From assembly GCA_937960645.1 (NCBI GenBank), contig CALGPJ010000009.1, forward strand, positions 4,522-68,521: a stretch of 64,000 bases of DNA, in the 5' to 3' direction. This DNA comes from an uncultured Spirochaetia bacterium (lineage in GTDB: Bacteria > Spirochaetota > Spirochaetia > JABEVK01). Below are positions 19,226 to 28,700 of the stretch, one piece after another (the stretch's first letter is position 1; each line of letters opens with the position of its first letter). The notes beneath the pieces are model-generated. The model was not told the origin of the DNA, made no database searches, and saw only the letters and a list, made by a program, of their open reading frames with translations. Made by a program: the position numbers and the translations under genes.

Positions 19226-20981
19226 AACTACGGTACGTCGGATATGGCCTTTGCATTTTGGCCTTGGCCTCCTGCCAGCGGGTCTTTGACAACCCCTACG
19301 ACCCCCTCAATTCCCTGCGAAACTCGAATCCATCCAATCCTGCCACTTGGACGGTGACCTACACCGCACCCGATGCCCAAGGGGGTTCCGTTCCCATCGA
19401 CCCGATGTCGTACCTCACCGCGCAGACGGCCACTGTCCTGGGCAATCCGGGCGGTCTGGCCCGCAGCGGGTTGACCCTGTCTGCCTGGAGGCAGGGTACC
19501 ACCGATTATGTCCCCGGGGACAGCCTGATCATGACCTCCTCCCTGACCTTGACAGCCCAATGGACCAGCTCCGCAGGAGGGCTCACGACCCTCAGCGCCA
19601 GCGCTGCCCCCAACAGCAGCTATTTCCACGACGTTGCTGTGGCCCCGGACGGTTCGGTATACCTGGTAGGTTCGGTTTACGGCACAGGTAGCTTTACCTT
19701 TAATTCTAAAAGCGTTTCAGGGATTTACGGCTCAGGTCACAACGCCCTCATCATCAAGCGAAACCCTGATGGAACGGTGGCCTGGGCCAAATCGGTGAGC
19801 GCTGGTGGCAACACCTCGGTGTTTCGTGGGGTGGCGGTGGACAGTGCGGGAAACGCCTACGCCGCCGGCTACCAGACCGGAACGGGTAGCTTTACCTATG
19901 ACACCGGCAAGTCCGCCAGCGGTCCCTCGACCTCCTACAACGCCGTCCTGGTAAAGTACACCCCCAGCGGAGCCGTCGAATGGGTCAAGACGGCCAGTTC
20001 CGGGGGCCCCTCGAACTCGTGGAACGGTGTGGCTGTCGTGGGTTCCCAGGTGGTTGCTGTTGGAGAACAAGCAAGCTCAGCCACCCTCAACTGGGGGGAG
20101 TTTCCACTACATCCTCGAGCAGCTCAGGAGCCGGGCTGGTGGTGGCCTTTCAAACCACGAATGGCACACCGCTGTGGGGTCACTGTCTCGGGGGATCCGC
20201 TTATAGCACCCTTGAGAGAGCCACACCCTCCCCCGATGGTCAGAAGATCGCCGTGATCGGCTTCACGGGAGGCAACACGTCTTACGCTTCCACGGACTTT
20301 ACGGTTCCCGGCAAGAGCGTGCTGGTACTTCAACTGGATAGCTCGGGCAGCCTGCTCTGGGGCCGCACGGCCTCAGGCACCAGCACAGCGCCCAGCGAGG
20401 GCAAGGGTGTGGCCTACACTCGGGAGGGAAGGCTGTGGATCACCGGATATTACACCAAATCCACTGGTGGTAACAGCTTCGATTTGGGAAGTCAAAGCCT
20501 GAGCGTCGGACCAGCCTCTGGAAAGAACACCTTGTACGTAGCCAAGCTCGAACCCGACGGCACCGTCACGCAACTTGTCAGCTGGAATAACCCCGTCAGC
20601 GCCTCGGAAGGGCACGATATCGATGTCGATGTCTGGGGAAACGTGTTTGTAGCGGGCAGTGTCCAAAAGGATAGTTTTACTTTTTCCGGCATCTTGAGCA
20701 ACCAGACGCTTAATTACACCGACGGCAACGCCACCGGAAATTTCTTTCTTTTAAAACTCAATCCTCTAGGCAACGCTGAATGGGTCCGAGGTCACAACCG
20801 AACTTCTTCTCCCAATTCGACGTATTTTGGGGACGTGGCCGTTTCCTCGGAAAAGGTCTATGTCACGGGGTATACCAAGGGAAATCTCTCCTACCCCTTG
20901 CCGGCCCACCCCAGCGGGACCTTGAACGTTCAGGGGGTTTATAGCCTGTTCAACGCCGCCCTGGTGGTATTCCAGCGCTGA
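19222..20981 (+). pseudogene. SBBP (beta-propeller repeat) surface lipoprotein, interrupted by +1 frameshift at G6 tract 20093-20098
   Basis: AAGGAGG RBS, lipobox LALASC|Q; repeated ~50-aa units (G.VAVD..GN.Y.AG...G...F.........VKY..DGT..W) continue seamlessly from frame of 19222 into frame of ORF 19980..20981 if one G is added to the G6 run. Confidence 0.6.
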
Positions 20982-20988
20982 ATACTCC

Positions 20989-21336
20989 TCAGTCCAGAAG
21001 TTTCAGCAGTTCGTCCTTTTCGAAGGGCTTGATTAACCATGCCTTGGCCCCGGCCTTGAGCCCTTCCTCCACCATCGCCTTGTCGCTTTCGGTGGTGATC
21101 ACGATGATCGGAGTCTTTGCATACTCCGGAATCTTGCGGACCTCTCCGATAAACTGGATGCCGTTCATCCGAGGCATGTTGACATCCACCACGAAATAAT
21201 CGATGTGGGGCCGCCCCTCGAGCTTCCGGAGTGCATCCTCGCCGTTTTCCGCCTCGAGGAAATCGCCCTTTTCCTGAACGGCCATATGAACGATTTTGCG
21301 CATGGTGATGGAATCGTCAATTCCCATGATGGTCAT
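20989..21336 (-). CDS. cheY: CheY-like single-domain response regulator
   Basis: DDS...D(VVD)...NMPRMNG...T...K(WLIKP) receiver residues. Confidence 0.75.
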   Translation of the reverse strand: MTIMGIDDSITMRKIVHMAVQEKGDFLEAENGEDALRKLEGRPHIDYFVVDVNMPRMNGIQFIGEVRKIPEYAKTPIIVITTESDKAMVEEGLKAGAKAWLIKPFEKDELLKLLD

Positions 21337-22037
21337 GCCTTTTCTCCTTTGAGCACTTTTGTCAGGATCTCTTTTTCGGATTTTGTCTTTAGCGAGGGAG
21401 CGACAGCTTCGCGGAAGCGTTGTTGGCCCTCCGCGGATGGCTTGTCGAGGTCGTATCCGTAAACGGAGAGCAGCCCCTTCACGGTACTCAGTTCTGCCTC
21501 CTCACTCTGCAACAGGGACACCACGGTCTGAATTTGCTGCTGGGCGGCATCCTCGTGCTGAAGCTGCTCCAAAATCTGGTCCAGGACTTGTTGCTGCCGA
21601 GATTCGCTTAGCTTCTGCCGCAAACTTCCCAAAAGATCGAGGATGGCATGGACCGCCTGATTGATCTGCCGCGCCGTACTCACCAGCGACAGGCGCCAGA
21701 ACCTCAACCGTACCCGTGCAAGGGCCAGGTGGTCGGCGGCGCCTCCAGCCGATCGCAGGAGGGGAATCAAAACATTTTTCACGAGCTTTTTGGGGGAGAG
21801 GCGCTGCCACTCGGCGGGGATGTCCTCGGCTTTGAGGTAAAGCTCGTAGACGACGTCCCGTTTTTTCTGATGCCGGCGGCCCCACCGCAGTTTTCGGCTA
21901 GAGGCGAGGAGAAAAAGCAGGAGGACAAAAGCCCCGGTATAAGCCACCAGCACGGCCCATGTCGGCAACCGATCGGAAACCAAACCCACCGAGGCTGCCA
22001 GAAACAGGGATGATGCCAGGATCAATAGCACGACCAT
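21333..22037 (-). CDS. hypothetical membrane protein (2 TM, coiled-coil C-terminal region)
   Basis: ORF only; overlaps cheY start by 4 nt (co-transcribed). Confidence 0.4.
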   Translation of the reverse strand: MVVLLILASSLFLAASVGLVSDRLPTWAVLVAYTGAFVLLLFLLASSRKLRWGRRHQKKRDVVYELYLKAEDIPAEWQRLSPKKLVKNVLIPLLRSAGGAADHLALARVRLRFWRLSLVSTARQINQAVHAILDLLGSLRQKLSESRQQQVLDQILEQLQHEDAAQQQIQTVVSLLQSEEAELSTVKGLLSVYGYDLDKPSAEGQQRFREAVAPSLKTKSEKEILTKVLKGEKA

Positions 22038-22072
22038 GTTACTAGCTTAACCGAGGAATTGGGTTTCGACAA

Positions 22073-22098
22073 TAAAAAACCGCCCCTTTCGGAGCGGT
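22073..22098 (-). terminator. rho-independent terminator downstream of groEL: CCGCTCC-gaaa-GGGGCGG + T6 (minus strand)
   Basis: 7-bp stem (one G-U), GAAA tetraloop, TTTTTT run, immediately after groEL stop. Confidence 0.65.
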
Positions 22099-22119
22099 TG
22101 AAACAGCGAGGGCGCCAAA

Positions 22120-23811
<1,692 letters not shown>

Positions 23812-23910
23812 TCAAATGTTTAGTAAATGGCAAGAGGTCGGGGGGGAAATGTTTGGCCATGGCGCGGCTTTCCAGCAAGAGACGCATCTTCTACATTCAT
23901 TCTTCGCCGC

Positions 23911-24046
23911 GCGCGAAGCACCCATCAAAAATTGCCTTAACCTGCGCAGCCCGTTCCGCGAAGCGGAATGGCGCGGTTCTTGCGCAAACGAGCGAAGCGA
24001 GTAGCGAGAACCGTGACAAAGGGCAAGTCAGGTTGAAGCAGTTGTC
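23911..24046. repeat. left copy of ~130-bp degenerate direct repeat bracketing vapBC
   Basis: shares gcgcgaagc...ATGGCGCGGTTcTTGC...GAGCgAAGCG...GTGACAaAG...GTTGAAGCaGTTGT with 24714-24829 (~65-70% identity by eye). Confidence 0.5.
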
Positions 24047-24055
24047 CGCTTTCTC

Positions 24056-24457
24056 TTATTCATAGATTTTAAGGTCCTCTGCAACTTTTTGAATGTGATC
24101 AAAATCGGCATCATTATGTAAAAGATATAAATTGTTTTCTAAGGCTGTTTGAACTATCAAAAGATCAATTGTACTTCTAATAGTGATTCCCAATTTTCTA
24201 CATTTTAAATTGAGTCGAGCAGCTTCAGTGTGTGATTCTAATCCATTCCGCAACTGATAGATTGGAATAGTTTCTAAATATTCTTTTAACACGTCAAATT
24301 CTTTCTGATCTTTCGAGCCTTGTAGTATCTCCTGATAAATAAGAGGACTAATCCCAAATGGTATTTTCCTTTTAATTATTTCATCAAGCAGTTTAACTTT
24401 AATATTATCAGTGCCTTTCAAATAATCAATCAAAACAGATGTATCAACAAGAATCAT
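24056..24457 (-). CDS. vapC: type II toxin VapC (PIN-domain ribonuclease)
   Basis: MILVDTSVLIDYL... PIN acidic residues (D5, E, D, D), low GC (~30%), 4-nt overlap with upstream antitoxin gene. Confidence 0.85.
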   Translation of the reverse strand: MILVDTSVLIDYLKGTDNIKVKLLDEIIKRKIPFGISPLIYQEILQGSKDQKEFDVLKEYLETIPIYQLRNGLESHTEAARLNLKCRKLGITIRSTIDLLIVQTALENNLYLLHNDADFDHIQKVAEDLKIYE

Positions 24458-24663
24458 GAGTCATTTCTCATTTTTTTATAATCATACTCATCAGAAAAAT
24501 GAATTAACCCTTTTAGTTCATTAAGATTTTTAACTCGATGATTTCTTACAAATTCTATTAAGGCTAACTCAACAAGATCTTTTTTTGTACGGATGTTTCC
24601 AGCATACTTAAAAGCTTCCTTAACTAAGTTATCATCCAGGACAATATTTGTACGCATATACAC
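24454..24663 (-). CDS. vapB: type II antitoxin VapB
   Basis: 69 aa, MRTNIVLDDNLVKEA N-terminus typical of VapB antitoxins; translationally coupled to vapC. Confidence 0.7.
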   Translation of the reverse strand: MYMRTNIVLDDNLVKEAFKYAGNIRTKKDLVELALIEFVRNHRVKNLNELKGLIHFSDEYDYKKMRNDS

Positions 24664-24670
24664 CTCTCAA

Positions 24671-24688
24671 TGTGTATAATAGTACACA
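24671..24688. promoter_or_regulatory. palindrome TGTGTAtaatagTACACA upstream of vapB (candidate vapBC promoter/autoregulatory operator)
   Basis: perfect 6-bp inverted repeat flanking a TATAAT-like core, 8 nt upstream of vapB start on minus strand. Confidence 0.4.
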
Positions 24689-24713
24689 TACAAAGAAACG
24701 TCAATATCTTGTT

Positions 24714-24829
24714 TGCGCGAAGCGTCAACCGTACATTTGCTGAACTTGCAACGCGTCTATGGCGCGGTTTTTGCCGAGCAAAGCGTCAACAAAAGTGTGA
24801 CAGAGAAGAGTTTAGTTGAAGCGGTTGTT
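24714..24829. repeat. right copy of degenerate direct repeat bracketing vapBC
   Basis: see left copy 23911-24046. Confidence 0.5.
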
Positions 24830-24943
24830 ATACGTGTTTTACATATGTTTAAGAAATTCTATAAATGTTACACATCTATACGGAGGTATTTGAGCTGCAA
24901 TCCAATTCGTTCCTCTTTTAACACTTTTTGTTCTATCCTTTTT

Positions 24944-25690
24944 TTATGTAGTTTTTAGTTTTAAAGGATCATCTAAAAAGAAATACGTAAATTCCTTATC
25001 TTCATTATCCAATTTTGTTCCATCTATCCATTTTTTTACTAGTGACTCGTTATTATCTGCGAATTCCATTAAATCATCTTTGAATGATTCTACTTCACCA
25101 GGTTTACATGAAATAATTCCTAATATTTTGGAGATGAAAGAAATACCTTCTTCTTCACCAGATTTTTTTGTGAAATATGGTGCGAAATATAAAGGATTAC
25201 TGGAAATAACATCACGCCGATAAATATTATAATCAAAATATTTTTTTAATTCTAATTCAACACTTAAATCTTGAACTAGTATTTCTTTTTTATTTCTCAA
25301 TTTATATCCCCTATGTATGAAAGTTTTAAAGTCCTTAATTAATTTCTCTTTATTTTTTGGTAAATTCTTATCATCAATTAATTCATCAATATCAGACCAA
25401 TAAATATTTTTAACAATTATGTCTTTTTTGTAATCATTGATTTGTGTGATGAAGCACAATACTTTCTGCGACTCATCTTGAAATGATTCTAAGTATTGTG
25501 TTCTTTGTTCGTCTACTTTATTTTTACCAATTTTTGCTTCAATTATTACATGAAAATTATCTCTCAATCGTATTTCAACATCGGTTCTACCTTCTTTACG
25601 TTTCTTTTCAATAATAATTTCAATATTTCTATAGTTTTCTTCTGTATTCTTATTTGTAATTCCTAAATATCGTAAAAACTTAAAAAGCAT
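24944..25690 (-). CDS. PD-(D/E)xK nuclease-like protein, low-GC, probably 5'-frameshifted (true start likely ATG 25815)
   Basis: motif D(VEIRLRDNFHVII)EAK resembles restriction-endonuclease-fold catalytic core; reading frame stays open upstream of ATG 25690 to 25801 without any start codon, while a GGAGG-aaaaa-ATG at 25815 opens a 14-codon ORF in the adjacent frame. Confidence 0.45.
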   Translation of the reverse strand: MLFKFLRYLGITNKNTEENYRNIEIIIEKKRKEGRTDVEIRLRDNFHVIIEAKIGKNKVDEQRTQYLESFQDESQKVLCFITQINDYKKDIIVKNIYWSDIDELIDDKNLPKNKEKLIKDFKTFIHRGYKLRNKKEILVQDLSVELELKKYFDYNIYRRDVISSNPLYFAPYFTKKSGEEEGISFISKILGIISCKPGEVESFKDDLMEFADNNESLVKKWIDGTKLDNEDKEFTYFFLDDPLKLKTT

Positions 25691-26211
25691 TGTTGAATCT
25701 TTTGATAGAATAAAAGCAAATGCTTTTGCTAAACCAGTTTCATCAAAACCATATAAGTAAAACGGATTTATTGAGTAATTTGTAATATAATACCACTTGG
25801 TTTAATGATCATTTTTTCCTCCGCCCGAAGGGCCCTTATAACACCATTTCGACCGTTCCGTGAATAATAACTCTGGCCTGTTCTTTTTTCCTGATAAAAC
25901 CAGATTCTCAAAGAATTATTACATCCCAAATATGCCAACAAAACTTTGTCAAGTTCCTAAGAAGTCCCAACGTACAAATTTCAGACCACGAAGGAGGTCC
26001 ACGAAAAGGCGGGAAGTTGGGTGGCCAGGCCCAGGGATACCGATGCCACCGGCAGGAAAGACAAAGGTCTCCGACACACCGTAAACGGCCATCGATTCCT
26101 CTTTGCCTTTACGCCGGCCAATCTCCTGGACTCAGTAGGGTAAGATTATTAACCCCAGAGAAAATGACCACCACACCAGCGAAAATTTTTCTAATTTTTC
26201 CTCCCCCGGAC

Positions 26212-26238
26212 TAAAGTTTTCACCCATCCTGCCGATAA
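26212..26238 (+). promoter_or_regulatory. sigma-28 (FliA) promoter TAAA-N15-GCCGATAA upstream of flaB1
   Basis: exact match to the class III flagellar promoter consensus TAAA N15 GCCGATAA, ~90 nt upstream of the flaB1 ATG. Confidence 0.6.
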
Positions 26239-26326
26239 TGACAAAGGAGGTCTAAACGGAATTAGGCCCCCGCCGGATGTTATCCGGTACCCCCATCATG
26301 ATTCTGAGTATTCACGGAGGAATACG

Positions 26327-27187
26327 ATGATCATCAACCACAACCTGAGCGCCATGTTCGCTCAGCGCCAACTCAAGGTCACCAACGGTGACGTCACCAA
26401 GGACATGGAGAAGCTGTCCAGCGGCTTCCGGATCAACCGGGCCGGCGACGACGCCTCCGGTCTGGCCGTTTCAGAAAAGATGCGGGCTCAAATCCGCGGT
26501 CTGAACCAGGCCAGCCAGAACGCCAGCAACGGCATCAGCTTCATCCAGGCCACGGAAGGATACCTCCAGGAAACCCAGGACATCCTCCAGCGCATTCGTG
26601 AGCTGGCCGTCCAGGCTTCCAACGGTATTTACACCGACGAAGACCGGATGCAAATCCAGGTCGAAGTCAGCCAACTCATCGACGAGGTGGACCGCGTCGC
26701 CTTCCATGCCCAGTTCAACGGCATGAACATGCTGACCGGCTCCTTCGCCCGAGACATTGGCGAAAACGTGCCCACCGCCAGCATGTGGTTCCACATCGGC
26801 GCCAACGTAGACCAGAGGATTCGGGTCTACATCCAGACCATGACCGCCGCGGCCCTGAGCATGCGCGGTCTCACCGACAACTCGATGCTGAGCCTTCGGA
26901 CCCCCGAATCGGCCAACCAGGCGATCATGATCCTGGACAATGCCCTGCAGATTGTCTCCAAACAGCGGGCTGACCTGGGTGCCTACCAGAACCGCCTGGA
27001 ATTCGCCGTGAAAGGTCTGGACATCGGCGCCGAGAACCTCCAGGCTGCCGAAAGCCGTATCCGCGACGCGGACATGGCCAAGCAGATGGTGGACTACACC
27101 AAGAACCAGATTCTCGTGCAGAGCGGTACCGCCATGCTCGCGCAGGCAAACACCCGCTCGCAGAGTGTCTTGCAACTTCTCCGATAA
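26327..27187 (+). CDS. flaB: flagellar filament core protein FlaB (spirochete-type flagellin)
   Basis: 286 aa, [15 protein letters not shown]...[27 protein letters not shown]..., conserved flagellin N and C termini, GGAGG RBS. Confidence 0.95.
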   Translation: MIINHNLSAMFAQRQLKVTNGDVTKDMEKLSSGFRINRAGDDASGLAVSEKMRAQIRGLNQASQNASNGISFIQATEGYLQETQDILQRIRELAVQASNGIYTDEDRMQIQVEVSQLIDEVDRVAFHAQFNGMNMLTGSFARDIGENVPTASMWFHIGANVDQRIRVYIQTMTAAALSMRGLTDNSMLSLRTPESANQAIMILDNALQIVSKQRADLGAYQNRLEFAVKGLDIGAENLQAAESRIRDADMAKQMVDYTKNQILVQSGTAMLAQANTRSQSVLQLLR

Positions 27188-27197
27188 GGAGTTACTA

Positions 27198-27225
27198 TTC
27201 AGGGTGGGGGTCACTCCACCCTGAA
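27198..27225 (+). terminator. hairpin TTCAGGGTGG-gggtcact-CCACCCTGAA after flaB1
   Basis: perfect 10-bp inverted repeat 10 nt after stop; weak T-tract (tatgttcttt). Confidence 0.5.
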
Positions 27226-27402
27226 TATGTTCTTTGACATTCGTACCCTTCATCTTGCTCCCCAAGGGGGTTTTGACTGCCCGAACAGCCATTTCCCCCT
27301 TGGGCTGTGGCATTTGGTCTTCTTCCTGACGCGGAGGAAAGGGCGGTGCCGCTGAGCAAGAGGAGGCAAGGGATTGCCTCTCAAAAACAAAGGAGGGTAC
27401 AT

Positions 27403-28254
27403 ATGGTTATTAATCACAACATGAGCGCCATCAACGCCAACCGGGTTTTAGGGAATGTCCAGCTGGACCTCACCAAGAACCTGGAAAAGTTGTCCAGCGG
27501 GTTGCGGATCAACCGCGCCGGCGATGACGCTTCCGGTCTCGCGGTCTCGGAAAAGATGCGGGCGCAGATCCGCGGTCTCAACCAGGCCGAGAAAAACATT
27601 CAAAACGGCGTGAGCTTCATTCAGGCCACCGAGGGCTACCTTCAGTCCACCACCGACATCCTGCAAAGGGTGCGCGAACTGGCTGTACAGGCTGCCAACG
27701 GGATCTACAGCGCCGAGGACCGGATGCAGATTCAGGTCGAGGTGAGTCAGCTCGTGGACGAGATCAACCGTATTGCGGATCATGCCCAGTTCAACGGCAT
27801 GAATATGCTCACCGGCAGTTTCGCCCGCGGTGACGACGCTCAGGCTTCGGGTCTGCAACTGCAGGTCGGTGCCAACGTCGACCAAAACCGCCGCATCTAC
27901 ATCGGCAACATGAGGGCGGACGCTCTGGGAGTGGACAAGCTGCTCGAGCAGGAGTCGGCGCTGACCAGTGCGGAAGGGGCCAACAGGGCCATCATGCTGA
28001 TCGACGGCGCTCTCAAAGAGGTCAACAAGCAGCGTGCCGATCTCGGCGCCTACCAGAACCGCTTCGAGATGGCCGCCAAGGGCGTCGCCATCGCTGCGGA
28101 AAACCTGACCGCTGCCGAATCCCGCATCCGGGATGTCAACATGGCCACCGAGATGGTCGAGTACACCAAGAACTCGATCCTCAGCCAGTCGGGCACCGCG
28201 ATGCTGGCTCAGGCCAATGTCAGAAGCCGCTCGGTCATGCAGCTCTTGGGCTAA
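27403..28254 (+). CDS. flaB: flagellar filament core protein FlaB paralog
   Basis: 284 aa, [15 protein letters not shown]..., ~75-80% identical to upstream flaB; AAAGGAGGG RBS; the longer ORF from 27307 was trimmed. Confidence 0.95.
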   Translation: MVINHNMSAINANRVLGNVQLDLTKNLEKLSSGLRINRAGDDASGLAVSEKMRAQIRGLNQAEKNIQNGVSFIQATEGYLQSTTDILQRVRELAVQAANGIYSAEDRMQIQVEVSQLVDEINRIADHAQFNGMNMLTGSFARGDDAQASGLQLQVGANVDQNRRIYIGNMRADALGVDKLLEQESALTSAEGANRAIMLIDGALKEVNKQRADLGAYQNRFEMAAKGVAIAAENLTAAESRIRDVNMATEMVEYTKNSILSQSGTAMLAQANVRSRSVMQLLG

Positions 28255-28344
28255 ACCGTTAGAGATTTCTGGACGTTATTTCTAACGGAAGAACGAAGAA
28301 TTGGGGGGCCGCGTCACCCTCAATTTCTTTCATAAGGAGGCAGT

Positions 28345-28698
28345 ATGTCGATTGAAACCATCGGACTCACCAGCTCCCAGCTCTTCGCTAACCCGCGGCC
28401 GGCCAACGTCAAAGCCGCGGTGCCGGAAGCTGAGGTGGCACGCACCAACACGAGCGCGGAGGAGGCCGCAAAATTGAAGGCGGAAATGCGCCAGATCGTC
28501 GACGAACTTGCCAGGATGGCCAGGAGCTTCAATCGCCGTCTCGAATTTAGCATCAACGAAGACATTAACCAGGTCATCGTCAAGATCGTCGACCAGGATT
28601 CCGGGGAGGTCGTCAAGCAGATTCCTCCCGAAGACGTCGTCCGAGTGCACGCGCGCATCCGCGAGGCTATCGGTCTCCTGTTTGACCAAAAGATCTGA
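28345..28698 (+). CDS. flaG: flagellar protein FlaG
   Basis: 117 aa, position between flagellin and fliD, C-terminal ...INQVIVKIVDQDSGEVVKQIPPE typical of FlaG; AAGGAGG RBS. Confidence 0.65.
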   Translation: MSIETIGLTSSQLFANPRPANVKAAVPEAEVARTNTSAEEAAKLKAEMRQIVDELARMARSFNRRLEFSINEDINQVIVKIVDQDSGEVVKQIPPEDVVRVHARIREAIGLLFDQKI

Positions 28699-28700
28699 GC

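Noticed and set aside
19075-20256. Upstream start (19075) for the SBBP lipoprotein ORF
   Set aside because: That start overlaps the caspase gene 3' end. The ATG at 19222 has an AAGGAGG RBS and begins a canonical signal peptide/lipobox.
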